Source: the human T2T-CHM13v2.0 reference genome, Homo sapiens. From it: 64,000 bases of DNA. Positions 1-12,819 of the stretch are shown in pieces (position 1 is the first letter of the stretch; each line of letters begins with the position of its first letter). The notes below the pieces were generated by a model, which was given only the letters and a program-made list of their open reading frames with translations, was not told the DNA's origin and searched no databases. The translations under genes were made by a program, and so were the position numbers. The stretch lies in assembly GCF_009914755.1 (NCBI RefSeq), contig NC_060929.1; one strand, given 5' to 3'.

Positions 1-500
1 GACGAGGGCAGCCTTTAGTAATGTGTCCAGAAGGCCCGAGTTCTTGGAGCAGAGCATTGAAGGAAATAGTGGTTGATAATACAACTGGAAAGATGTGCAG
101 TGACCAGCAGAAGAGGAAGAGTTTGGATGTTATTCTGAGTGAATGGGGGAGTCATTGAGGGGACTAAGGCAGAAGAATAACCACACCTCGTTTACATATA
201 AGGCTCTCCAGGTGGGCTTTATGGAGAAAGGATTGCACAGAGGGTGGCTTGGATAGGGCAGAGCCATGGACAAGGGGAAGATGGAAGGAGATCTGTCCCA
301 GAGGCATAGACAGGAGGCCAGGGTGTCCTTAGGAATTCTGGCTTCCATAGCAGGGTGGATGGTGGCTCATTTACTGAGGTGGAGAAGACTATTGAAGAAT
401 GCATGGGTTGATGGATGAATAAACAAACAAGCAAATATGTAGAGATAAATAGTACAATAAAGGAGACTGGGCCTTCAGGGTGAGATATATTCATAAGGCA
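1..500 (-). mobile_element. L2 LINE fragment (ancient)
   Basis: Purine-rich degenerate sequence resembling antisense L2 (ttattctgagtgaatgggggagtcattgagg; ctcatttactgaggtggagaagact). Boundaries approximate. Confidence 0.5.
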
Positions 501-510
501 AAAAAGCTTC

Positions 511-909
511 CATATCGGTCAGGGTTCTGCTGAGAAAGAGAACCAATGGGATATGTATATAAAGAGATTTATTTTAAGGAAGTAGCTCACATGATCATAG
601 AGGGTAGCAAGTTGATATTTGCAGGGCAGCCCACAGGCTGGAAACTCAGACAGGAGCGGATATTGCAATCTTGAGGAAGAATTATTTTCTTCCCAGGGAA
701 ACCTTGTATTTTTTTCTCTTAAAGCTTTCAACTGATTAAATGAGGCCCACACATATTATTCATGATAATCTCCTTTACTTACAGTCACCTGATTATAGAT
801 CTTAAACACATCTGCAAGATGCCCTTCACAGCAACACCTAGATTTGTGTTTGATTAAATAACTGGGTACTATACCTTGGATACATTGACACATAAAAATA
901 ACAATCACA
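511..909 (-). mobile_element. MLT2-family (ERVL) solo LTR, MLT2D-like
   Basis: Starts gtcagggttctgctgagaaagagaaccaat and ends ttgacacataaaaatacaatcaca, the reverse complements of the MLT2 termini. Confidence 0.8.
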
Positions 910-961
910 ACTCTAAATGATTGTTCCGTGGAAACCACTAGGCTTTACCAATAATATAACT

Positions 962-1185
962 CAGAGGTCAGCAAACTATGGTCCATGGGCCAAATTTTGC
1001 CTTCCATCTGTTTTTGTGAATAAAGTTTTATTGGAACACAGCCATGCCAACTCATTTGTGCATTGTCTATGGCTGCCTTTGTGTAACAGCCACAGAGGTG
1101 AGCAGTTAGGACAGAGACCAAACAGCCCGCAAAGCATAACGTATTTACTATCTGGCCCTTTACAGGAAAACTTTGTTGAGCCCTG
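962..1185. mobile_element. MER58A hAT-Charlie MITE
   Basis: About 224 bp with termini cagaggtcagcaaact and tttgttgagccctg, and the core aataaagttttattggaacacagccat. Confidence 0.85.
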
Positions 1186-1724
1186 GTGTCACTTCATTTT
1201 GTGGAATTACTCAGGCAAAGTGACTGCTGCTAGGCAATAGTCAAAGTCAAAATGGTTAATGGGTCTGAAACCAGTGGAGATCTGGGAAAATTTTAAAAGA
1301 ATAGTCAAACATGACAAGAGGTATCACTGGGGAAAAGAAACCCAAAACATTAGCATTTGGCTTCCAAGCAGCTCACATTCTGGCCTTAGACAACTGTTAC
1401 CTCACTGCTCAGAAATGGAAGCTTGAAGCTCGTGTGGAAAACCGACCTCCTAATAAATCTCACACAGAGGATGCAGCAATTTGTTATGCGTGAGAAAATG
1501 GCACTGGGAAAGCAAAACACAGCCAGCTTGCTTCATATCACAAGTAGCAATTGGGCTCAGGTTTTCACCTAATTTTTAAGCAGCTTATCACCACCTCCGA
1601 AAAGAAAAAAAAAATTCTAAAAATTGCATTGCTTTTTTTTTTCTGAGAAGAGCATATTATGAAGTGTAAACATTAAGAAAGTCATTTCCCAATATAACTA
1701 TTTCCAAGCTTTGTCTACCACTTG

Positions 1725-2100
1725 TGCTATCATCCAAATGTTGGTGTCCCCTTCTCCCTGAAAATTTGGATGTTGGAACCTAATCTTTAGTGGGATACTA
1801 GTAGGAGGTGAGGCCTTTGGGGAGGTGATTAAGTCATGAGGTCAGAACCCTCATGAATAGGATTAGTGCCTTTGTAAAAGACATGTGAGAGAGCCTGTTT
1901 GCCCCTTCTGCTATGTGAGGACACCATGAGAATAATCTGCAGGAGATGCAAGAAGCAGAGGCCCTTCACTAGACATGGCATCTGCTGGCACCTTGATATC
2001 AGACTTCACAGCCTCCAGAACTGTGAGAAATAGATGTCTGTTGCTAATAAATTACCCAACCTAAGGTATTTTATTATAGCAGCCCAAACTGACTAACACA
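1725..2100 (+). mobile_element. MLT1A-type MaLR solo LTR
   Basis: tgctat start; gcctttggggaggtgattaagtcatgagg; cagcctccagaactgtgagaaata; ends tatagcagcccaaactgactaacaca. Confidence 0.85.
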
Positions 2101-2186
2101 ACTCACTACCTTTAAATATTTTTGTCCAATCAATACAGCTCCCTCTCCCTTTTTTGGGGAATAAAACCTTGCTGAAATGAACGGAC

Positions 2187-2675
2187 TCTAATATCTTGAT
2201 TTATTAACCCACATCTGAGCCAAAATGATGTTTGTTTGAGAATCTACTTAGTACTGACTGAAAGAAACTGTACAAGAGTTTTTTTTGCCAATGTGTGAGA
2301 AAATAGATCAGAGATAAGATTAATCTTTACAAAAGACAAAAAGCTTACAATGCTTTGCCAAATAAAATTAACTTTCATAATTTGCCTACTATGTATTTAC
2401 TATGCTATGCTATCTGTTTAGCATACAAACCCCCTACAATCCCTACAGTAATCCTAGATGGTGCCTACGTTTTAATCTCAGGTTTATAGATGAGAAACTA
2501 AGACAACCTGGACTTAAAGCCAGGCCACCTTACTCCACAGGCCACACCCCCCACCACGGTGAACACTACAGCTGTGATAAGACAACAGAAAATTGCTTAT
2601 CCAAAATAATAAATTATATATTTATATTCCCCTTGACTCACCTGAATAGTGTTCATTTTTATTTAGAAATGTAAC
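2187..2675 (+). repeat. Local direct duplication, copy 1 (~490 bp)
   Basis: Aligns end to end with 3047-3540 (tctaatatcttgattt...atttagaaatgtaac). The ORF track shows twin peptides at 2402 and 3270. Confidence 0.95.
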
Positions 2676-3045
2676 TGTATTCGTTTGTTCTCATACTGCT
2701 ATGAAGAACTACCTGAGACTGAGTAATTTATGAAGAAAAGAGGTTTAATTGATTCACAATTCTGTAGGCTGTACAGGAAGCATTGCTAGGGAGGCCTCAG
2801 GAAACTTACAGTCGTGGCAGTAGGCAAAGGGGAAGCAGGCGCGTCTTCACGTGGTGACAGGAGAGAGCGAGCAAGGGGGAAGTGCCACACACTTTTAAAT
2901 GACCAGATCTCCTAAGAATTCACTCACTATCATGAGAACTGGAAGGCGGAAGTCTGTCCCTGTGATTCAATCACCTCCCACCAGGCCCCTCCAACACTGG
3001 AGATTACAATTCAACGTGAGATTTGGGTGAGGACACAGAGCCAAA
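2676..3045 (-). mobile_element. THE1D/MSTA-type MaLR solo LTR, ~8 nt missing at one end
   Basis: tgtattcgtttgttctcatactgctatgaagaactacctgagactg...gaggcctcaggaaacttaca...gatttgggtgaggacacagagccaaa. The expected terminal ccatatca is absent. Confidence 0.9.
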
Positions 3046-3046
3046 T

Positions 3047-3540
3047 TCTAACATCTTGATTTACTAACCTACATCTGAGCCAAAATAATGCTTGTTTGAG
3101 AATCTACTTTAAGTAACAACTGAAAAAAATTTATGAGTTTTTTATTGCCAATGCGTGAGAGAATATATCACATACTGACAAGATAAAATAAGATTAATAT
3201 TTACAAAAGGCAAAAAGCTCACGATGCTTTGTCAAATAAAATTGATAATTTCCCTACCATGTATTTACTATGCTATGCTGTGTATCAAACAAAACCCCCT
3301 ACAATCCCTACAGTAATCCTAGATGGTGCCTTCATTTTAACCTCAGGTTTATAGAAGAGAAACTAAGACAACCTGGACTTAAAGCCAGGCCACCTTACTC
3401 CACAGGCCACACCCCCCACCATGGTGAAAACTACAGTTGCGATGTTAAGATAACAGAAAACTGCTATTCATAATAGTAGATTATATACTTACATCCCTCG
3501 ACTCATCTGAATAGTGTTCATGTTTATTTAGGAATGTAAC
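3047..3540 (+). repeat. Local direct duplication, copy 2
   Basis: tctaacatcttgattt...atttaggaatgtaac, a paralogue of 2187-2675. Confidence 0.95.
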
Positions 3541-4074
3541 TTTTTAAAGAATGCAAAGTTTTATTTAAGAACCTGCAAAGTTACCTCATATAACAGCAAT
3601 ATTCCTGCCATTATGCTGCATATGGAGATAGAAACCTATAACAATCATCTTTCCCTCTAACTTGCTTCCACCTTCTCCAGTGGGTGACAGAAAAGACAGA
3701 TAGGACCTGTACATCCAGCTTTCTCTGCTACCCCTTGAAAAAGCTCCATCTATTCCAATCAGTGGGCATGCAGCTTCCTGGTTTTCTTACACTTGCTGTT
3801 ACTCATAGAGTATCTCGTGCTGTTGTTTGCATTTTTACTAGTTTCAGCTTATTTTAGGGTTTCACTTAACGCACAGCTTTGTACGGAAAGTCATAGATTC
3901 CACTGCTCCTGTCAGTGTTTTACACAGGTTTTACTGAAACCCAAACCCCTGCCTAGCATCCCTCTTTTTCTTCCTCACTTCCCATGGCAAAGTCAGAATT
4001 TATTCTTGAGATTTCAATCTTCTCAGCCTTTTAGCTTTCCTGGCTGTGGGACCGCAGAAAGCTAGCACTGCAGC

Positions 4075-4484
4075 TATGGTCTAGCAGGACAGCGTCCCAG
4101 CCTTATTCCCTCTGCACTTACCATTTCTGTGAACACTGGCTCAGTGTCCAACCACAAGCCCCATCTGCTCTCTTGTGAAGTGGACCAGAAGTGTCCAGGA
4201 TTAATGCTGCTTAGGCTGAGAGTAGGTGGATCAACATCCCAGCTCCCTCACCCTTCCTGTAGATGACATTTCAGTTTCATGTTCTACACTTTCTCCCAGA
4301 GTTTCTCAATGGCACCATTCTCCAGTTGGCCACGGTGGTAAATTGCTTGGTGATGCATTTTGTATCTCTGTTGTGCCTTGCAAAACCCACTTCCTAATTG
4401 CTGTTTCTTGGGATGGCCTCCCAAATAAAGTACTTGTGTTTGACATCTTATCTCAGGTCCTGCTGGGGAATCCAAATTAAGTCA
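4075..4484 (+). mobile_element. LTR16-like ERVL LTR
   Basis: The 3' end tgggatggcctcccaaataaagtacttg...ttatctcagg...ggggaatccaaattaagtca matches the LTR16 pattern. Confidence 0.55.
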
Positions 4485-5079
4485 GCATGCTGTATAACAT
4501 ACCCCATCTCCCCTCTCTATAAGGACATTTCTTTTAGACTATCTCTTATTTCAGTCCTGAGCTCCACCTTGTCAAGTATTCTGGATACCCATGAGGGCTT
4601 AGCAAAAGGGCCTATGTCTGTCACCCTGGATGGGAACTAGCCACTTCAGGAAAGCTCTGTGATAGCCATGTGTAAGGTCATAGTTAGAAATGCCCCCACC
4701 CTTTCTCATTAAGTTCTCCCTACCCTTATTCACATTTGGCACTTTATTTAACTCTTCCCATTCATATATTTTGAGACTTAGGCTGAATTTAGCAACTTTA
4801 CATCTTCTACCCTTTCTCATTGTGCTAAAGTCTCCATCAGGGTCATGCAAATGGGGAAATAAAGGTTGAGCAAATGGGGAAATATTATTCTCCATATGGA
4901 TTGTGAAAGTGTGCAACCTATACCACTGTCAGCAGCAGCTCTGGTCTTCATCCTGCCCCATTGTTTTCTGAAGGTGCACAATCCAGCCTCCTACTAGAAG
5001 AACCCAGACTCTTGTTTCCCCATTCACAATGGGGGTGTTCACTTACACATTAGGTCAACATAGTTGCAGGAGGTTCTAG

Positions 5080-5255
5080 AATCTAGCCACTTTGGCTCTA
5101 TCACTTATTAGCTGAGTGACCTTGGACAAGTTATTTAACTTCCCACCAGCTCAGTTTCTCATCTGGAAATTGAGAACAATTTCAATTATAACAATGTCAT
5201 AAAATCTTTGTGTCAGGTGAAATCATGCATGCTGAGTGCTTTGACAGCACCCAGC
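5080..5255 (+). mobile_element. MIR SINE
   Basis: Core ggctctatcacttattagctgagtgaccttggacaagttatttaac...ctcagtttctcatctggaaa. Confidence 0.75.
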
Positions 5256-7574
5256 ATTTTGCGGGTTTTTGACAGATGTCAGTCACCACCGACTCTCTGT
5301 CTTCCCCTTCTGCAGGTCCAGCCTCCAGGGCGATGACAAGGGTGAGAGAGAAATATGAGCCCAGCCTGCCAGGTCAGGAACAAGGAGAGCGAGGAGCTGC
5401 CTTTCCTTTTCCCTGGCTCCTTCCAAGTGGCAGTGTGGACAAACAGAACAGGCAAGATGCTGTGGATGTGGAGCTGAATGATTCATCATGCACATCAATT
5501 TAACCAGAGTCAGTTAGCAGTATCCCAAAGCTCTGAAGGACAGGGGCTCAATTAACCTTTTAATACACAAGTCAAATTTCTTGTCTTCATGACTTACTTC
5601 TTTACCAGCAAAAAGCCTCCAAAACCCTTCTCAGATCTTTGTCCAAGGTGAGGCTAAACTCTGTCACTGGTGGGGCTTCCTCTAATTCCCTGTGTTGTTC
5701 TGTCTGCTGTGATGTTATCACTCTAAGAGGGAGGGTGCATTTTGAGGATGACAGAGAAGGACACGTATGATGCAGTGTTAACGCAGACCTTTCTCTCCAC
5801 CTGGATGAAGAACTACGTTCTCTGGCCGCCCTCATACTTGTCGTTAAAAGAAGGTAAATTATTTCACAATTCTCTCCCCTCAAACACACCCACTATTTCT
5901 CTTTCTTCCTGCAAGAGCTGAGTTTTTTTCTCTTCAGGATAAACTAGCACATTCTTTTAATTCCCAGGAAATTATACTTTTCCAGGGATGATTACCACCC
6001 ATTCTCAGAGTTTATAAGTCCAAGGGTAAGGCCCTGATCCAGTTGGGGCTGGAGCTACAGATGAGAATGAAAATGACAGACCATCTCTGTGTGCTCCTGG
6101 ACTGTGAGAGGTAAAATTTGGAATCTGATAGCTGTCACGTTTCCTGATAAATGAACCAGAGAAGTGGAGGGAGAAGGGAGGCCTGGGAAAAAGGCGCTCC
6201 TCCTAGGCTTCAAGTCCTGAAGCCAAAGCACATTCTTTACTTTGAGTCCCAAAAGGCAACTCATTATTATTCCAATAACACCACCTTTGTTTAGTCTGAT
6301 AGGGGTACGGTTTCTGTCACTAGCCAACCTAGCGATGATTATTACATTATTTAAATTAAACACCCATTTCTATTTTTGGGAGGCCCTCGTGGGTGATCAA
6401 CCTGCTGATTTATGAACCAATTCATGCTACGGTAGTGATGGGGAATAGCAGTTACCACACTATCTTTTGTTATACCAACTTTGCCTTGACACCCAATGTT
6501 TAATGTCTTGACCTAAAGTAATGACTAATAAACCCCAATGCCAGCAAAGAGGAAGCCCACAGAGAACCAGCATCAGTGCAGATGAGTCTCAAGGCAACAC
6601 CCAAATATCCCACTAGGCCTCTCTCTTCCTGCATACACATATGTTAAGGCTTGAATTTAATTTTTTTCTCACACTATAAAGCTAAGCTGTGTCAGTAATC
6701 CCCATGCCAACCTGCTGGAGAAAAAGTCAATCTAACATCATTACATTTTTCTGGCTATTTTAATTCAGTTAAAAAAATAAAAATAAAAAACCACATTTTC
6801 CCTAGTACCTGCCTATTTCTAGAAAAAGCTAACTGGAAATCAGAAACAAAGAAGACAGCCTTTAACTGCTTTATTAATGGGAGCTTGGTCATGTCATTTC
6901 CAAGTTCTTCTTTTTCCAAAAGACCCAACTGATAGTCCCGTATTCATAAGGCACCTGCTCCCTCACCCCTACAAGTTCAAATCCAGTTTTCTTTCCCTTT
7001 TGGAGCTTTTCCTGGTGAAATTATAGCTTCTCATAGTGAAGGTGAACAGCGTGCTGGCTTATCTGGTCCCTCCGTCACCTTCCCCACCCCTCATCTGCCC
7101 TCTGCAGGTCAGGGTGTCAACAGTCTCCAGGACAGGTGTTAACTAACCTACCCCTGGAGGCACTATGTGTTGGGCAGTGAGAAACCCAAACTACATTCCA
7201 GACTCACTCATTTGAAAATGTAATTAATAAAACTGGGAATTAATGAATAACAATATTTTAGAAGGAGTCACAATTGCAAGGTGCCCTGCTAACCCAGCAT
7301 CCAAAAAACTGCTGTTTACTCTGTCATCTTTGGCAATACACACCATTATTACATCTTAGTTGCTTAATCCGTAAGAGGCAGGTAAGATGCCAAGCAATTC
7401 CTTGGAGTTATGGTAAGTTATTCATGCAAACACTATATTTATTAAGTGATTCAAGCATAAAGGTCATTCAACGCTTACGCTCTCTTTCTAATGCCCTTCT
7501 GATGCTCCTTCTTTTAAAGCCTGGTGGCAAAAGCACTCCCAACTCAGAACACAGGAGTACAACTTGAATTCAGA

Positions 7575-7693
7575 GAATTTAAGATGATCTCTAAATCAGG
7601 ATGAGTCTTACAATCCAAGCTATGTCTTAGAATTACATAAAATAATGGTGCATTTTATATAATCAGTGGCATTTTAGATTTGATGAAATACAG
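7575..7693. mobile_element. MER104-like Tc2/mariner MITE
   Basis: aaatcaggatgagtcttacaatc...tacataaaataatggtgcatttta...ttagatttgatgaaatacag. Confidence 0.5.
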
Positions 7694-8989
7694 CAACTGA
7701 ATTAGTCCTCCCAGAATTCAAGGTCTTTTTAAAGCAGGATTTAATTCATATCTCAGTAGCTTTCCCCAAAATTTTCAGCAATTGCACCCTGCCCACCTAT
7801 TCATGAAGCTGAGAGGGATCACAGGAGTTGACTAGTCCCAAGTCCCCAGAGATGTTTTCTGGTGATAGACTGTAACCAAAACGACCTCTGGTATTTATTA
7901 AGTTTGCAAAATCTTGTGTCAAAGTTTTCTCAGAGCCTTTTATATGCTAATTGAAATTATGGATTTGTCCGAAAGGTGTTCTAGACTTTAGAATTTCCCT
8001 CACTTATTTGACCATTAAACCTTTTATCCTAGGACTGATTTGTAGGCGAATAAAAATGCTGAAAAAAAGTGAGACCTTGAAAGATTACACAACCTGCCCC
8101 CAAAGACCCAGTTAATAAGTGGTACAGTAAAGAATGCAGTCTGGCTTTTCTTATTCTGCTTCTGATTCTCCTACCACACAGCACTGCTTCATGGATCAGT
8201 TTTCAATGAAATGAATAAAAGGCACCATGGTGTAGTTCTCTCTTCACTCACGCACTTCCCTCAGAATTTCAAAGCCAACGAGTTAACAAAAAGACAAATT
8301 TACACTGGAAATCAACAACCATCTAAGCTGTGGAATTTTTTAGTGCATTGTGATGTCCATTAAAATCTGTCACCCAATTGCCTTCCAAAACCCCAGAGCA
8401 ACTGAAACACACAAGCGTTTTTGAGTGGGCAGGGGTTAAGGGGCAGAAGCCAAGAGAGGATCAGAGACATCTCCCAGTAACACAGGGGCCCATTTCCCTG
8501 AACCTGTCAAAACCTTTGAGCAGGTAACACCGAGGAGTGGGTCTCCTGTGGCTGGCTTTGCAACTCCTTCTCTTCCGATTATGAAAATATCCTTCTTACA
8601 CTGCACCGTAATCATTTGAATTTTTATTGTTTTCACTCAAAAGCTCCTAAGTTATTTAGATAAGCACCATTAAACAAAAATCTGAGTAATTAGTTCTTTT
8701 GATGTGTCCTAGTGGCAGTGGAGGAACTTGAAGACGTTTATTAACTGTTAGATCAGTCCCAGGTGGGACTTATTATAAACAGAGCTTAGCCCCAGAGCAG
8801 CCGCTCATTAAATACTGAACAGGAATTAGGTATTTCTCTCTTCCCATGCCATTCTTCATCAACCAGCCTCTACCACTTGGGTAGGATTATTATATTATAT
8901 ATTTTATGCCACTAAATACCACAAATCATTGCTTACGTGAAGTCCCGGAGGTGGGGCTAGAACACAATCACACCCTCCTTTAGAGACTG

Positions 8990-9130
8990 CGACCCAGAGA
9001 GAACAATCAGAAGGGACTCCCAGAGATCCGCTATTTAATCCTCTCATTTGGCTGGTCAGAGACAGAGATCCAAAGAAATTAAGAGATTTTCTCAAGGCCA
9101 ACAGCTGGTCAATGGGACCCGCTTCTCCCA
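8990..9130 (-). mobile_element. MIR fragment
   Basis: cagaagggactcccagagatc...ctcattt...cagagatccaaagaaattaagagattttctcaaggccaacagctgg. Confidence 0.5.
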
Positions 9131-9669
9131 TCTCTTGCTTTAGTAAATTTTCCATGCCAAGACATTTTCAAGTGCTTGACAGTCACCCACGGATGCTGAC
9201 TGCTCTGAGTGATCTATGGCAAACCACCCACTCTTTTCCCAGAATGATAAATGTTTCTTATGTCTAATGTTGATATAAAATGTTATGAAAACGAGAAAAT
9301 TTGGGGGATCTTAGAAAATAAAAGAAAGATTTACATGAAATAAAAATGAGTGGTTTTATCTCGTGTATGTTGGAAAACAGAATAGAAGTTGATTGGCATC
9401 CATGGCAGAAGGGGATCTGGGTTCTCACTTGTTCCCACCTGTTCAAGCATCCCAGTGGAGTCCTCAGTCCTCAAGTCTGTAAACCAGGCTGAACAGCCCC
9501 AGGTGACCGGGACACAGTGGGAAGTGAGTCAACTAACCCCTAAAAGCTCCTCCCAGTCCCAGGGTCGTGCCTTCATTCTTGAAGGTCGGTTTCTCTACAG
9601 CATAAACGTCATTATTCATAAGGCTTTCTCCCCTGTGTCATGTAACATAGGGCAGCACAAACAAGACTG

Positions 9670-9956
<287 letters not shown>

Positions 9957-11080
9957 TGCACAAACAAGATTTTAAATATGTTTTCCTGTTACTCTCCGAG
10001 TGTTTTGCTAACAGATGATTTGCAAAGAATATACATAGAAAGACAGCTCTCATTCACCCACTGAGAATCAGCCTCCTGAAAACTTTAGGCAGACTCAATA
10101 AAAATAAACTTATCACTACATCCCTGCTCCTAAGTTCCATGCAGAACACACATCAGGAGTCTGTAGCAAAATACCTCTACTCCCCTGAGAGATTTGTACA
10201 TGCTAATCTCAATGTCCCTAACATAGCATTTAACAGCTTCACCAGCCACATGGAAACAGAAGAAACACCAAGTTTTTGTGGGGAAAACATTTCAAAAGGA
10301 CAAAATATCTTTGAACCTGACTCTACCTTACTATCATTTCTCATTTTTATGTCTTATTTAAGATCTGTGAAAAACAATCCAAGGTTTAGTGCTGATTTTC
10401 TTAACAAAAGAAAATACTCAAGGTTGTTTTCATAAATAGACAATCTTAACTCAATTTTCTTCTGTTACCACATGCCACATTTAAATAACCTCAATGGCCA
10501 GGAAAACTTAAAAAGGGAACTTTCATGAGTTAGGTAGGGCTTGGCTGCATCTAATTCAATGTCATTCACAAGAAAAGCTAAAAATCTTTACCTGCCTGAA
10601 GTTCTTAATGGAAGGGGAGGAAGAAACCCAAAAGATAAATGAACAATGCATGTCTAAATTAAAACTGAACCAAAAAAAAAGACATCAGTCAGAGAAACAG
10701 TCAGAGAAACAGAGAGAAAAGTAGCAACTTTAAGCATGATGAATAACTGATCCACATCCTTAGCAAAAACAAGATCTCATCAGGAACCAATCAGGAGCAC
10801 CAACCTGAATTTGCTGATTCATGGAAAGCAATAGGTGATTAAAAAAAAAAAAGCCTGAGCCTCTTTCTTTTCCATTTCCCCAACCAGACAACCTGCGAAG
10901 ACACTACACACTTATGATACATTCCAGATTAACTTTACCAACCAACTCTCTTGGACTTTACTGTTAATTAGTGCAGAGGCAACTCCCTTTTTTCTCTTCT
11001 GCCTCCCAGGCTTCCCCTCTGGATGCTAATGAAATAGGGAGATTTCTAAGTTTCATTGTCTCAGTTGAGCAGTGCTATTC

Positions 11081-11232
11081 TTTTTTTTTTTAATTTTATT
11101 ATTATTATACTTTAACTTTTAGGGTACATGTGCACAACGTGCAGGTTTGTTACATATGTATACATGTGCCATGTTGGTGTGCTGCACCCATTAACTTGTG
11201 ATTCAGCATTAGGTATATCTCCTAATGCTATC
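11081..11232 (-). mobile_element. Very short 5'-truncated L1PA 3' end
   Basis: Poly-T followed by tatactttaacttttagggtacatgtgcacaacgtgcagg...ctcctaatgctat. Flanks tgctattctttt and tgctatctttt. Confidence 0.95.
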
Positions 11233-12428
11233 TTTTCTACAGGCAATATGGAAAAAATAAACATGGAAGATTTCTGGATGGAAACAGTTTACAATCAAAC
11301 ATCCCATTGTTGACAAAATCATCATAATTGTCACTTCGCGCCTCTTTGCCAACTGTATAATTAGTGTCATTACCAGTAAGTCATGGAAATATAAATGATA
11401 GTGGATTATACAACCCAAAACTGCATAAACATGAATATTTTATGGTACCTAAGCAATGTCACGAATTGTACATAACATAGACTTGGCATTTGCTTCCAGC
11501 AGATCTTAAGATTTCTCACCCAGACTAAGTGCACAGTCTTACCATATAGCTTTAGAAAGATGTTTCTGGATGGATGTTACCAAAGGCAAGTGAGGAGGAG
11601 GAGGAGAGGAGGGAAAAAATTCTCTTTGGAAATGATTTTTAAAAACACAATTATTAGTGTATTTTTATGTTTAGGACATGAAATTCCATTTTTATATTTT
11701 CCTACATGGAATATAATTTCAAAAGAAAATATTTTTAAAATAACAATTTAAAGCCAAATGTATTCAATTTTGTATTGCCTACTATCCGATCACTCATGTT
11801 TGGATACTTTGGCAAATATGTTAGACCAGATCACTCTGCACCCAAGTTGCCTATACTCTCCCTGACTGGGGTGATCTCTTCCTTTCCCCTCTGCCCAAGA
11901 CCAGCTCAAGACACACTGCTCTCTCCCTTCTTTGAATTTCTAAAGGCCAGACTCTGGAAAACATAGGTTTTGACATTTTTAAGACTCTGTAAATTATGGC
12001 AATCAAACTCTTTTTGTTTGTGTATACATTTGGAATTGCCATACTTCTACAAGCACTCCCGTTTTTAGTGTCTAATATTGGGCCGGTGGGTCATAGGTAC
12101 TCTGTCAATATGTAAGGAAAATTATTAAGTGGACACGTTCATTAGTTTTTATGGAAAATAAGATGGGAATGGAAAAATATTGGATAAAACCCAACTATTC
12201 TTTTCAACAGAATTAGATCACACCCTGGTAATCAAAAGCATCCATACAGCAACAAGTGGTCCGTGTGGTCCTTAAAACATGCCAGTAGGGGTTGAGAAAT
12301 ACCCTCCTAATCAAGGTGATTATTCATGACAAACTTGTATATATAGTAAGGGCCAGGTGAGTCTTTCATGACATCATTAGATTATCAGATCTTTGAGGAA
12401 ACAGAGTGGTGTCTGGTTTGTTTATAGC

Positions 12429-12503
12429 TGTGGTGGGCAAAACAATGGCCCCCAAAGACATCCACATCCTAATCCCTGGAACTGGTGACTATGTGAGGTT
12501 ATA
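12429..12503 (+). mobile_element. MLT1D-like LTR 5' fragment
   Basis: tgtggtgggcaaaacaatggcccccaaagacatccacatcctaatccctggaac. Confidence 0.65.
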
Positions 12504-12819
12504 CCAAGCAAAAACAAAGCACAAAGTGTTCTTTTTTCTTTATTCTTAACCTAGAAAATGTTTATCATATTTAAATTTTCCATTTTGACTCAGTTACTGT
12601 GCTTTCTGAACATGTATACAATGTTATGGTGAAGTTTCAGAAAATCTTTGAAATCTGCAGCTGCATTAGACAAAGAGTATAAATGTACCTGTTCAAAGTT
12701 TAAAACATAAATTTCTGTTTGAAAAACGAAGATGGACTGATAGGTTGAAACTTCATCTTACAAGGTTTATAGTGACACAAAGCAGTTGACACAATGACAT
12801 TTCTGCTTGAGGAAACTTA

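Noticed and set aside
2402-3473. Twin ORFs as a duplicated small gene
   Set aside because: They only reflect the DNA duplication, overlap a MIR-like remnant, end differently and have no recognisable domain.
5276-5503. 75 aa ORF with a good acceptor (cttccccttctgcag at ~5314)
   Set aside because: No recognisable peptide and only weak donors; cannot be linked to other exons from sequence alone.
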